From Squalus acanthias (lineage: Eukaryota), in contig CM059452.1 in assembly GCA_030390025.1 (NCBI GenBank), positions 6,944,001-7,008,000 on the forward strand: DNA of 64,000 nt. Reading direction: 5' to 3'. The stretch's first letter is position 1. Every line of letters starts with the position of its first letter. The translations under genes and the position numbers were made by a program. The notes under the pieces were generated by a model. The model did not search any database and had not been told where the DNA came from. It saw only the letters and a program-made list of their open reading frames with translations. Positions 47,008 through 60,779 of the stretch are shown piece after piece.

Positions 47008-47270
47008 CAATTTGTGCACAGCAAGATCCCACACACAGCAAGGAGATATTGACCAAAATATCTGTGTTTAGTGATTTTGGTTGAGGGATAAATATTAACC
47101 AGGACACCAGGGCGAACTCCCCTGCTCTTCTTTAAAATAGTGCCATGGGATCTTTTATATTCACTTGATAAAGCACTTGGTTTAACATCTCTTCTGAAAG
47201 GTGGCTCCTCCGACAGTGCAGCACTCCCTCAGCACTGCACTGGGAATGTCGGCCGAGATTATGGGTGATC
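46891..47270 (-). mobile_element. DeuSINE/SacSINE1-like element; truncated copies at 32411-32528, 36883-36999, 41691-41808
   Basis: AGAAAGAACTTGCATTTATATAGCGCC reverse tail, AAAATAGTGCCATGGGATCTTTTA, CCGACAGTGCAGCACTCCCTCAGCACTGCACTG; homologous to 3717-4152. Confidence 0.82.
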
Positions 47271-47569
47271 TCACTGAGCCGAGGCTGTTAACATATCACA
47301 GCTTGTATTTTAATATGTTGCCATTAAGCTCAGTGTGTCTAAAGTTCAGGGCCTGAGCCCAGTCTTACACCGATCCATTTAATTGTCAGGGCCTGGTTCT
47401 CTTATCCTGCCTGGGATGTTATTCCTAATTGTTGTAAAGGTGCACGGGATTTCCACTGGACCCATATAGAAGTGTCAGCAATTCCGCAAAGGAACATCTG
47501 GAAGTGCCCGAGGCAGAAGGGCTCACAGAACTTGAGTTTTACTCTGCGTGAGGTTCACCATCAGAGCAG

Positions 47570-48110
47570 TTGGAAGCTGGGATTGTTCTCCTTAGAGCCG
47601 AGAATGGTACCAGGGATGAGACACTTCAGTTAATATGGACAGACTGTATAAGATGGGATTGTTCTCATTAGAGGAGAGAAGGCTAAGAGGATATTTGATA
47701 GACGTGTTCAAAATCATGAAGTGTTTAGATAGAGAAAATAAAGAGAAACAGTTTCCAATGGCTGAAGGGTCGATAATCGGAGGGCACAGATTTAAGGTGA
47801 TTGGAGAAAGAACCAGAGGCGATATGAGGAAAAACGTCTTTACACGACGAGTGGTTAGGATTTGTAATGATAGGGTGGTGGATATAGATTCAATAATAGC
47901 CTTCAAAAGGGTGTTGGATAAATAGTTAAAGGACAAAAAACTGCAGGGATATGGGGAAAGAGCGAGAGGGTGGGACTGACTGGATTGCTCTTTGAAAGAG
48001 CCGGCACAGACTCGATGGGCGGAATGGCCTCCTTCTGTGCTGTAACATTCTATGATTCTATGGAACTGTTTCCATTGGCAGGAGGGTCATTAACCAGAGG
48101 TCACAGGTTT
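47570..48110 (+). mobile_element. CR1-clade LINE 3' fragment(s)
   Basis: RLYKMGLFSLEERRLRGYLIDVFKIMKCLDR...GGHRFKVIGERTRGDMRKNVFTRRVVRI...FKRVLDK; (ATTCTATG)n tail. Confidence 0.9.
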
Positions 48111-48111
48111 A

Positions 48112-51100
48112 TCAGCTATTACTGCACGAGACCATGTATCTGTTTATATTACACTAGACCCTGTCTCTATTTATATTAACCTAGGCCCTGTCTCTGTTTA
48201 TATTACAATAGACCCTGTCTCTGTTTATATTACACCAGATCCTGTCTCTGTTTATATTACATGGCACCCTGTCTCTGTTTATATTACAATAGACCCTGTC
48301 TCTGTTTTTATTACTCTCGACCCTGTCTCTGTTTATATTACATGGCACCCTGTCTCTGTTTATATTACACTAGACCCTGTCTCTGTTTATATTACACTAG
48401 ATCCTCTCTCTGTTTATATTACACTAGACCCTGTCTCTATTTATATTAAACTAGGCCCTGTCTCTGTTTATATTACATGGCACACTGTCTCTGTTTTTAT
48501 TACTCTCGATCCTGTCTCTGTTTATATTACACTAGACCCTGTCTCTGTTTATATCGCACTAGACCCAGTCTCTGTTTATATTACACTAGACCCTGTCTCT
48601 GTTTATATTGCACCAGACCCTGTCTCTGTTTATATTACACTAGACCCTGTCTCTGTTTATATTAGACTAGGCCCTGTCTCTGTTTATATTACACTTGACC
48701 CTGTCTCTGTTTATATTACACTAGCCCCTGTCTCTGTTTATATTGCACGAGACCCTGTCTCTGTTTATATTACACTAGACCCTGTCTCTGTTTATATTAC
48801 ACTAGACCCTGTCTCTGTTTATATTACATGGCACCCTGTTTCTGTTTATATTACACTAGGCCCTGTCACTGTTTATATTACACTAGCCCCTGTCTCTGTT
48901 TATATTGCAATCGACCCTGTCTCTGTTTATATTACACTAGACCCTGTCTCTATTTATATTAAGCTCGGCCCTGTCTCTCATATATTACATGGCACCCTGT
49001 CTCTGTTTTTATTACTCTCAATCCTGTCTCTGTTTATATTACATGGCACCCTGTCTCTGTTTATATTACACTAGACCCTGTCTCTGTTTATATTACACTA
49101 GACCCTGTCTCTATTTATATTAAACTAGGCCCTGTCTCTGTTTATATTACATGGCACCCTGTCTCTGTTTTTATTACTCTCAATCCTGTCTCTGTTTATA
49201 TTACATGGCACCCTGTCTCTGTTTATATTACACTAGACCCTTTCTCTGTTTATATTACACTAGGCCCTGTCACTGTTTATATTACACTAGACCCTGTCTC
49301 TGTTTATATTACACTAGACCCTGTCTCTGTTTATATCGCACTAGACCCTGTCTCTGTTTATATTACACTAGACCCTGTCTCTGTTTATATTGCACCAGAC
49401 CCTGTCTCTGTTTATATTACACTAGACCCTGTCTCTGTTTATATTAGACTAGGCCCTGTCTCTGTTTATATTACACTTGACCCTGTCTCTGTTTATATTA
49501 CACTAGCCCCTGTCTCTGTTTATATTGCACGAGACCCTGTCTCTGTTTATATTACACTAGACCCTGTCTCTGTTTATATTACACTAGACCCTGTCTCTGT
49601 TTATATTACACTAGGCACCCTGTCTCTGTTTATATTACACTAGACCCTGTCTCTGTTTATATTACACTAGACCCTGTCTCTGTTTATATTACACTAGACC
49701 CTGTCTCTGTTTATATTACACTAGACCCTGTCTCTGTTTATATTACACTAGACCCTGTCTCTGTTTATATTACACTAGACCCTGTCTCTGTTTATATTAC
49801 ACTAGACCCTGTCTCTGTTTATATTACACTAGACCCTGTCTCTGTTTATATTACACTAGACCCTGTCTCTGTTTATATTACACTAGACCCTGTCTCTGTT
49901 TATATTACACTAGACCCTGTCTCTGTTTATATTACACTAGACCCTGTCTCTGTTTATATTACACTAGACCCTGTCTCTGTTTATATTACACTAGACCCTG
50001 TCTCTGTTTATATTACACCTAGACCCTGTCTCTGTTTATATTACACTAGACCCTGTCTCTGTTTATATTACACTAGACCCTGTCTCTGTTTATATTACAC
50101 TAGACCCTGTCTCTGTTTATATTACACTAGACCCTGTCTCTGTTTATATTACACTAGACCCTGTCTCTGTTTATATTACACTAGACCCTGTCTCTGTTTA
50201 TATTACACTAGACCCTGTCTCTGTTTATATTACACTAGACCCTGTCTCTGTTTATATTACACTAGGCCCTGTCTCTGTTTATATTACACTAGACCCTGTC
50301 TCTGTTTATATTACACTAGACCCTGTCTCTGTTTATATTACACTAGACCCTGTCTCTGTTTATATTACACTAGACCCTGTCTCTGTTTATATTACACTAG
50401 ACCCTGTCTCTGTTTATATTACACTAGACCCTGTCTCTGTTTATATTACACTAGACCCTGTCTCTGTTTATATTACACTAGACCCTGTCTCTGTTTATAT
50501 TACACTAGACCCTGTCTCTGTTTATATTACACTAGACCCTGTCTCTGTTTATATTACACTAGACCCTGTCTCTGTTTATATTACACTAGACCCTGTCTCT
50601 GTTTATATTACACTAGCCCCTGTCTCTGTTTATATTACACTAGACCCTGTCTCTGTTTATATTACACTAGACCCTGTCTCTGTTTATATTACACTAGACC
50701 CTGTCTCTGTTTATATTACACTAGACCCTGTCTCTGTTTATATTACACTAGGCCCTGTCACTGTTTATATTACACTAGCCCCTGTCTCTGTTTATATTGC
50801 AATCGACCCTGTCTCTGTTTATATTACACTAGACCCTGTCTCTATTTATATTAAGCTCGGCCCTGTCTCTCATATATTACATGGCACCCTGTCTCTGTTT
50901 TTATTACTCTCAATCCTGTCTCTGTTTATATTACATGGCACCCTGTCTCTGTTTATATTACACTAGACCCTGTCTCTGTTTATATTACACTAGACCCTGT
51001 CTCTATTTATATTAAACTAGGCCCTGTCTCTGTTTATATTACATGGCACCCTGTCTCTGTTTTTATTACTCTCAATCCTGTCTCTGTTTATATTACATGG

Positions 51101-54100
51101 CACCCTGTCTCTGTTTATATTACACTAGACCCTTTCTCTGTTTATATTACACTAGGCCCTGTCACTGTTTATATTAAACTAGACCCTGTCTCTGTTTATA
51201 TTACACTAGACCCTGTCTCTGTTTATATTAGACTAGGCCCTGTCTCTGTTTATATTACACTTGACCCTGTCTCTGTTTATATTACACTAGACCCTGTCTC
51301 TGTTTATATTACACTAGACCCTGTCTCTGTTTATATTAGACTAGGCCCTGTGTCTGTTTATATTACACTTGACCCTGTCTCTGTTTATATTACACTAGCC
51401 CCTGTCTCTGTTTATATTGCACGAGACCCTGTCTCTGTTTATATTACACTAGACCCTGTCTCTGTTTATATTACACTAGACCCTGTCTCTGTTTATATCA
51501 CATGGCACCCTGTCACTGTTTATATTACACTATGACCTGTCTCTGTTTATATTACACTAGACCCTGTCTCTGTTTATATTACACTAGACCCTGTCTCTGT
51601 TTATATTACACCAGACCCTGTCTCTGTTTATATTACACTAGACCCTGTCTCTGTTTATATTACACTAGACCCTGTCTCTGTTTATATTACACTAGACCCT
51701 GTCTCTGTTTATATCACATGGCACCCTGTTTCTGTTTATATTACACTAGGCCCTGTCTCTGTTTATATTACACTAGACCCTGTCTCTGTTTATATTACAC
51801 TAGACCCTGTCTCTGTTTATATTACACCAGACCCTGTCTCTGTTTATATTACACTAGACCCTGTCTCTGTTTATATTACACTAGACCCTGTCTCTGTTTA
51901 TATTACACTAGACCCTGTCTCTGTTTATATTACACTAGACCCTGTCTCTGTTTATATTACACTAGACCCTGTCTCTGTTTATATTACACTAGACCCTGTC
52001 TCTGTTTATATTACACTAGACCCTGTCTCTGTTTATATTACACCAGACCCTGTCTCTGTTTATATTACACTAGGCCCTGTCTCTGTTTATATTACACTAG
52101 GCCCTGTCTCTGTTTATATTACACTAGACCCTGTCTCTGTTTATATTACACTAGACCCTGTCTCTGTTTATATTACACTAGACCCTGTCTCTGTTTATAT
52201 TACACTAGACCCTGTCTCTGTTTATATTACACTAGACCCTGTCTCTGTTTATATTACACTAGACCCTGTCTCTGTTTATATTACACTAGACCCTGTCTCT
52301 GTTTATATTACACTAGACCCTGTCTCTGTTTATATTACATGGCACCCTGTCTCTGTTTATATTACACTAGGCCCTGTCTCTGTTTATATTACACTAGACC
52401 CTGTCTCTGTTTATATTACACTAGACCCTGTCTCTGTTTATATTACACTAGACCCTGTCTCTGTTTATATTACACTAGGCCCTGTCACTGTTTATATTAC
52501 ACTAGACCCTGTCTCTGTTTATATTACACTAGACCCTGTCTCTGTTTATATTACACTAGACCCTGTCTCTGTTTATATTGCACTAGACCCTGTCTCTGTT
52601 TATATTACACTAGACCCTGTCTCTGTTTATATTACACTAGACCCTGTCTCTGTTTATATTACACTAGACCCTGTCTCTGTTTATATTACACTAGACCCTG
52701 TCTCTGTTTATATTACACTAGACCCTGTCTCTGTTTATATTACACTAGACCCTGTCTCTGTTTATATTACACTAGACCCTGTCTCTGTTTATATTACACT
52801 AGACCCTGTCTCTGTTTATATTACACTGGCACCCTGTCTCTGTTTATATTACACTAGGCCCTGTCACTGTTTATATTACACTAACCCCTGTCTCTGTTTA
52901 TATTGCAATCGACCCTGTCTCTGTTTATATTACACTAGACCCTGTCTCTGTTTATATTACACTAGACCCTGTCTCTGTTTATATTGCACTAGACCCTGTC
53001 TCTGTTTATATTACACTAGACCCTGTCACTGTTTATATTACACTAGACCCCTGTCTCTGTTTATATTACACCAGACCCTGTCTCTGTTTATATTACACTA
53101 GACCCCGTCTCTGTTTATATTACACTAGACCCTGTCTCTGTTTATATTACACGAGACCCTGTCACTGTTTATATTACACTAGACCCTGTCACTGTTTATA
53201 TTACACTAGACCCTGTCTCTGTTTTTATTACACTAGACCCTGTCTCTGTTTATATTATACTACACCCTGTCTCTGTTTATATTACACTAGACCCTGTCTC
53301 TGTTTATATTACACTAGACCCTGTCTCTGTTTATATTACACTAGGCCCTGTCACTGTTTATATTACACTAGACCCTGTCTCTGTTTATATTACACTGGAC
53401 CATGTCTCTGTTTATATTACACTAGACCATGTCTCTGTTTATATTACACTAGACCCTGTCTCTGTATATATTACACTAGACCCTGTCTCTGTTTATATTA
53501 CACTGGACCCTGTCTCTGTTTATATTATACTAGACCCTGTCTCTGTTTATATTACACTAGACCCTGTCTCTGTTTATATTACACTAGACCCTGTCTCTGT
53601 TTATATTACACTAGACCCTGTCTCTGTTTATATTACACTAGACCCTGTCTCTGTTTATATTACACTAGACCCTGTCTCTGTTTATATTACACTAGGCCCT
53701 GTCACTGTTTATATTACACTAGACCCTGTCTCTGTTTATATTACACTAGACCCTGTCTCTGTTTATATTACACTAGACCCTGTCTCTGTTTATATTACAC
53801 TAGACCCTGTCTCTGTTTATATTACACTAGACCCTGTCTCTGTTTATATTACACTAGACCCTGTCTCTGTTTATATTACACTAGACCCTGTCTCTGTTTA
53901 TATTACACTAGACCCTGTCTCTGTTTATATTACACTAGACCCTGTCTCTGTTTATATTACACTAGACCCTGTCTCTGTTTATATTACACTAGACCCTGTC
54001 TCTGTTTATATTACACTAGACCCTGTCTCTGTTTATATTACACTAGACCCTGTCTCTGTTTATATTACACTAGACCCTGTCTCTGTTTATATTACACTAG

Positions 54101-57100
54101 ACCCTGTCTCTGTTTATATTACACTAGACCCTGTCTCTGTTTATATTACACTAGACCCTGTCTCTGTTTATATTACACTAGACCCTGTCTCTGTTTATAT
54201 TACACTAGACCCTGTCTCTGTTTATATTACACTAGACCCTGTCTCTGTTTATATTACACTAGACCCTGTCTCTGTTTATATTACACTAGACCCTGTCTCT
54301 GTTTATATTACACTAGACCCTGTCTCTGTTTATATTACACTAGACCCTGTCTCTGTTTATATTACACTAGACCCTGTCTCTGTTTATATTACACTAGACC
54401 CTGTCTCTGTTTATATTACACTAGACCCTGTCTCTGTTTATATTACACTAGACCCTGTCTCTGTTTATATTACACTAGACCCTGTCTCTGTTTATATTAC
54501 ACTAGACCCTGTCTCTGTTTATATTACACTAGACCCTGTCTCTGTTTATATTACACTAGACCCTGTCTCTGTTTATATTACACTAGACCCTGTCTCTGTT
54601 TATATTACACTAGACCCTGTCTCTGTTTATATTACACTAGACCCTGTCTCTGTTTATATTACACTAGACCCTGTCTCTGTTTATATTACACTAGACCCTG
54701 TCTCTGTTTATATTACACTAGACCCTGTCTCTGTTTATATTACACTAGACCCTGTCTCTGTTTATATTGCACTAGACCCTGTCTCTGTTTATATTACACT
54801 AGACCCTGTCTCTGTTTATATTACACTAGACCCTGTCTCTGTTTATATTACACTAGACCCTGTCTCTGTTTATATTACACTAGACCCTGTCTCTGTTTAT
54901 ATTACACTAGACCCTGTCTCTGTTTATATTACACTAGACCCTGTCTCTGTTTATATTACACTAGACCCTGTCTCTGTTTATATTACACTAGACCCTGTCT
55001 CTGTTTATATTACACTAGGCCCTGTCTCTGTTTATATTACACTAGACCCTGTCTCTGTTTATATTACACTAGACCCTGTCTCTGTTTATATTACACTAGA
55101 CCCTGTCTCTGTTTATATTACACTAGACCCTGTCTCTGTTTATATTACACTAGACCCTGTCTCTGTTTATATTACACTAGACCCTGTCTCTGTTTATATT
55201 ACACTAGACCCTGTCTCTGTTTATATTACACTAGACCCTGTCTCTGTTTATATTACACTAGACCCTGTCTCTGTTTATATTACACTAGACCCTGTCTCTG
55301 TTTATATTACACTAGACCCTGTCTCTGTTTATATTACACTAGACCCTGTCTCTGTTTATATTACACTAGACCCTGTCTCTGTTTATATTACACTAGACCC
55401 TGTCTCTGTTTATATTACACTAGACCCTGTCTCTGTTTATATTACACTAGACCCTGTCTCTGTTTATATTACACTAGACCCTGTCTCTGTTTATATTACA
55501 CTAGACCCTGTCTCTGTTTATATTACACTAGACCCTGTCTCTGTTTATATTACACTAGACCCTGTCTCTGTTTATATTACACTAGACCCTGTCTCTGTTT
55601 ATATTACACTAGACCCTGTCTCTGTTTATATTACACTAGACCCTGTCTCTGTTTATATTACACTAGACCCTGTCTCTGTTTATATTACACTAGACCCTGT
55701 CTCTGTTTATATTACACTAGACCCTGTCTCTGTTTATATTACACTAGACCCTGTCTCTGTTTATATTACACTAGACCCTGTCTCTGTTTATATTACACTA
55801 GACCCTGTCTCTGTTTATATTACACTAGACCCTGTCTCTGTTTATATTACACTAGACCCTGTCTCTGTTTATATTACACTAGACCCTGTCTCTGTTTATA
55901 TTACACTAGACCCTGTCTCTGTTTATATTACACTAGACCCTGTCTCTGTTTATATTACACTAGACCCTGTCTCTGTTTATATTACACTAGACCCTGTCTC
56001 TGTTTATATTACACTAGGCCCTGTCTCTGTTTATATTACACTAGACCCTGTCTCTGTTTATATTACACTAGACCCTGTCTCTGTTTATATTACACTAGAC
56101 CCTGTCTCTGTTTATATTACACTAGGACCCTGTCTCTGTTTATATTACACTAGACCCTGTCTCTGTTTATATTACACTGGACCCTGTCTCTGTTTATATT
56201 ACACTAGACCCTGTCTCTGTTTATATTACACTAGACCCTGTCTCTGTTTATATTACACTAGACCCTGTCTCTGTTTATATTACACTAGACCCCGTCTCTG
56301 TTTATATTACACTAGACCCAGTCTCTGTTTATATTACACTAGACCCTGTCTCTGTTTATATTACACTAGGCCCTGTCACTGTTTATATTACACTAGACCC
56401 TGTCTCTGTTTTTATTATACTAGACCCTGTCTCTGTTTATATTATACTACACCCTGTCTCTGTTTATATTACACTAGACCCTGTCTCTGTTTTTATTACA
56501 CGAGACCCTGTCTCTGTTTATATTACACTAGGCCCTGTCACTGTTTATATTACACTAGACCCTGTCTCTGTTTATATTACACTGGACCATGTCTCTGTTT
56601 ATATTACACTACACCATGTATCTGTTTATATTACACTGGACCCTCTCTCTGTATATATTACAGTAGACCCTGTCTCTGTTTATATTACACTGGACCCTGT
56701 CTCTGTTTATATTACACTAGACCCTGTCTCTGTTTATATTACACTAGACCCTGTCTCTGTTTATATTACACTAGACCCTGTCTCTGTTTATATTACACTA
56801 GACCCTGTCTCTGTTTATATTACACTAGACCCTGTCTCTGTTTATATTGCACTAGACCCTGTCTCTGTTTAAATTGCACCAGACCCTGTCTCTGTTTATA
56901 TTGCACTAGACCCTGTCTCTGTTTATATTACACTAGGCCCTGTCACTGTTTATATTACACTAGGCCCTGTCTCTGTTTATATTGCACCAGACCCTGTCTC
57001 TGTTTATATTACCCTAGACCCTGTCTCTGTTTATATTACACTAGACCCTGTCTCTGTTTATATTACACTAGACCCTGTCTCTGTTTAAATTGCACCAGAC

Positions 57101-57805
57101 CCTGTCTCTGTTTATATTACACTAGTCCCTGTCTCTTTATATTACACTCGGCCCTGTCTCTGTTTATATTACCCTAGACCCTGTCTCTGTTTATATTACA
57201 CTAGGCCCTGTCTCTGTTCACATTGCACCAGACCCTGTCTCTGTTTATATTGCACTAGACCCTGTCTCTGTTTACATTGCACCAGACCCTGTCTCTGTTT
57301 ATATTACCCTAGACCCTGTCTCTGTTTATATTACACTAGGCCCTGTCTCTGTTTATATTACCCTAGACCCTGTCTCTGTTTATATTACACTAGGCCCTGT
57401 CTCTGTTTACATTGCACCAGACCCTGTCTCTGTTTATATTACCCTAGACCCTGTCTCTGTTTATATTACACTAGGCCCTGTCTCTGTTTATATTGCACCA
57501 GACCCTGTCTCTGTTTATATTACACTAGACCCTGTCTCTGTTTATATTACACTCGACCCTGTCTCTGTTTATATTGCACTCGACCCTGTCTCTGTTTATA
57601 TTACACTAGACCCTGTCTCTGTTTATATTACACTAGACCCTGTCACTGTGTATAGTATACGAGGCCCTGTCACAGTTATTACTGCACTAGACGATGCCTC
57701 GTGTTTCTGTTGCACTAGGCCTTATTAATGCTTTCGACCATTCTTCTGTTTAAATTACACGATACCCTTTCTCAGCTAGTACTGTACTAGATCACGCCTC
57801 TGTTC
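48112..57805 (+). repeat. Large 27-bp satellite array (~9.7 kb, ~360 units)
   Basis: Unit TAGACCCTGTCTCTGTTTATATTACAC; near-perfect core, diverged edges. Confidence 0.98.
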
Positions 57806-57949
57806 AATAAGATCACGGATGATCGGTTTCTTAACTCCATCGACCAGCCTTGGTTCCATCACCCTTAATACCCTTTCCTAACCAAAATCTCCCAATCAAT
57901 CTCTGGCAGCAATCAGAAATTAACACCGCTCCCTGTTAAAGCTTTCCCT

Positions 57950-58760
57950 TTATGAAGGGATTTGATAGAGTTGACAGAGAGAGACATTTGTTTCCACTGA
58001 CAGGAGTGTCGGTATCAGAGGACACAGATTTAAGATAACTGGCAAAAAAAAGAGGGGGTATGAGGAGATTTTTAATGCAGCAAGTTGTTATGATCTGAAA
58101 TGCAGAAGGTATACACGATCTTTGGTTTTTATAGAGTACAAATAGAGTACAAATACAAGGAAGTTATGCTAAACATTTGTAAAACACTGGTTATACCCGT
58201 GCTGGAGTATTGTGTTTAATTCTGGGCACCACATTTTCGGAAGGATGTCAAGGCCTTGGCGAGGCTGCAGAGGGGATTTACTGGAATGGTGCCAGGGATG
58301 AAAGACTTCAGTTACCTGAAGACACAAGGGAAACTGGGGTTGTTGTCTTTTGAGCAGAGAAGGATAAAGGGAGATTTGATGGACATGTTCAAGATCATGA
58401 AGGGTTCTGACAGAGTAAATAAGAAGATTTTTTTTTCAAGTGGCTGAAGGGCCTGTAACCAGAGGACACAGGTTAAAGGTCATTGGCAAAAGAGCCAGAG
58501 GCGACATGAGATAAAGGAAATACACAACAAGCTGTTAGGATCTGGAAAGCACTACCTGAAAGGGTGCTGGAAGCAGATTCAATAATCACTTTCAAAAGGG
58601 AATTGGGTAAATACTTGAAATGGAAAAAAATGCTGGTCTATTCTGAAAGAGCAGGGGGAGTGGGACTAATTGGATAGTTCTTTCAAATTAGTGTTGGTAC
58701 AGGCACCAGTGGCTGAATGTACACGTTCTGTGCTGCATCATTCTTTGATTCTGTGATTCT
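57950..58760 (+). mobile_element. CR1-clade LINE 3' fragments
   Basis: KTLVIPVLEYCV*FWAPHFRKDVKALARLQRGFTGMVPGMKDFSY...EQRRIKGDLMDMFKIMKG; (GATTCTGT)n tail. Confidence 0.9.
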
Positions 58761-59132
58761 ATCACTACACCATGTCTCTGTTTATATTACACTAGGCCCT
58801 GTCTCTGTTTATATTACACTAGACCCTGTCTCTGTTTATATTACACTAGACCCTGTCTCTGTTTATATTACACTAGACCCTGTCTCTGTTTATGTTAGAC
58901 TAGACCCTGTCTCTGTTTATATTACACTAGACCCTGTCTCTGTTTATATTACACTAGACCCTGTCTCTGTTTATATTACACTAGACCCTGTCTCTGTTTA
59001 TATTACACTAGACCCTGTCTCTGTTTATATTACACTAGACCTTGTCTCTGTTTGTATTACACTAGACCCTGGCTCTGTTTGTATTGCACTGGACCCTGTC
59101 TCCGTTATTACTGCTCTTGACCATGTGTCTGT
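58761..59132 (+). repeat. 27-bp satellite array (~14 units)
   Basis: Same unit as above. Confidence 0.96.
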
Positions 59133-59382
59133 TGGATAGACAGACAGAAGAGGGATAGATAGATAGATATTGATATAAGTAAAGATATATATTTGTGTGT
59201 GAGAGAGGATGCAACCATTTATTTTACTTGGATGCACGTAATTTCTAATTGATCGGGTATTTTGTCGGTAATATTTGTGTTGAAAGGATGGGGTGAATCT
59301 TGGAACAATCTCCCAGAGATGAACTGGGATTGAGGGACAGGACTAAAGGTGAGCAATAGTGCACTGAACTTTGCACCACTTA

Positions 59383-60060
59383 GTGGCAAACTCTGTGTGT
59401 TAAAGTTTACTAATTCACACTGGTGTTGTCCTGTGCCAATTGCTCACAGTTTTTAATGTTAAGGATTGTTTTCCTGCAGTATTTTCTATTGATCTTTCAC
59501 GGGACCCGCTGATTGTGTGACAGAGCCTGGAACCGTGACCTCACAGCACCGCCGGCTGGGCGGCCGCAGGGTCCTAATGTCCATCGAGTTCACTAACTCA
59601 CATCTGGTGAAGAGGAACAACTGAAAAGATCACAAAGTGTTTGCTTTATATATGTATGATGTGTGTGTACAAACATATTTTTGTTAATGTTTGCAAGTAC
59701 ATTCCACAAAAAAAATGATTATGTTCACCAGTTATTGTTCTCCATTTTCTTTTCTTTTATTTAACATCTAATTGCAGATGGTTTAATATCTTTAACATTT
59801 ATTGATAACACATTCTCTGAGTGCTCTTGTTTAGAAAGTGATGTCACACTGACCAGTCCGTTACCATGGTGAGCCTGTCTGTCCGCAGTATTCAGTTGGG
59901 AAGGGAATGAAATCACACCGAGGATAATGAGCAGCTACCCACCAGTCTCTGTGGTTTATTGTCCAGTGATCACCTCAGCATCACACAGAATCTCCTGATA
60001 ATTACCTCCAGTGTGTGATTATTGGTGCAAGTGATGGTAAAAATGAAACTGTACCTGTAC
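59383..60060 (+). repeat. Segmental duplicate copy B (pairs with 24443-25078)
   Basis: Collinear with copy A; has an extra ~35-bp GC-rich insert at ~59549-59583. Confidence 0.92.
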
Positions 60061-60270
60061 CTGACCAGGTTAATAAATCTGTAATTATCTGACTTATTAT
60101 TCCCCCGTTTGGAAAGGAATGTAACTCTTGCTACTCTCCAGAGAATTGCACACTATTTCTGTTTCCACAATCTTCTATTTCTTGAGAAATACCTTCACTG
60201 TTTCATCCCAACATCTTACAGTATTTTTGGGCACATACTACCAGGGCCTGCTGATTCCCCCATATTCAGG
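60061..60270 (-). mobile_element. Very degenerate CR1-type reverse transcriptase N-terminal fragment
   Basis: Minus strand gives SAGPGSMCPKIL*DV ... WRVARVTFLSKRGNNKSDNYRFINL, resembling LINE RT motifs KSPGPDG..PRILKE / WRxANVTPLFKKG...NYRPISL. Confidence 0.6.
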
Positions 60271-60369
60271 GCCTTTACCCTTTAAACGTGGAGATGCATT
60301 TTTTATTTCACCACTACAGGGAATGAGCAGAGTGTTTATCGCAAGCCTGTGATTTTCCTTCCATTAGAG

Positions 60370-60562
60370 ATATGAAATTGGCCATGGGGGTTGGAGGAAT
60401 GTAAAAGAGGTGGAATCTCGTTCTCCGCCCGGTATCCGACATGCCCAATATTCAGTGCTATTGAAGTCCATGGAGTGGAATATTGGGCGGGGGCGTATCA
60501 CGGGCGGTCGATGCCACACCGCCTGTTCTGTGTCCCCGGCCCACCAGGTCTGATTTCAGGCC
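60370..60562. mobile_element. Palindromic MITE-like element
   Basis: Perfect inverted repeat GCCCAATATTC (60443-60453) / GAATATTGGGC (60478-60488) around an ATTGAAGTCCAT core; weak outer symmetry. Confidence 0.5.
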
Positions 60563-60779
60563 ACTGATCAGGTGACATCGGGAATTCCGACTGGTGGAGT
60601 GTCAGAAGTCACACTGACGTTGCTATGGCGACCAAGTGACACTGATGACGCAAAATTGGTTTGTTGATGACGTCACGCGGTCGTTATGTGTTGCTGACGA
60701 GAAGTCAAAGTGGTAAAACTGTAATGCAATATACAGGAACTTACACTGATACTAACATGATGCTGGGGTAGTGGAGTCA

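Noticed and set aside
51502-52857. 451-aa Cys/Tyr-rich ORF (PCLCLYYTR)n, and similar ORFs at 23388, 21064, 58717
   Set aside because: Translation of the 27-bp satellite (27 = 9 codons, no stop in two frames); frames shift freely; no gene structure
60061-60315. Apparent minus-strand exon with acceptor and donor
   Set aside because: Multiple stops and matches LINE RT motifs; treated as a decayed retroelement
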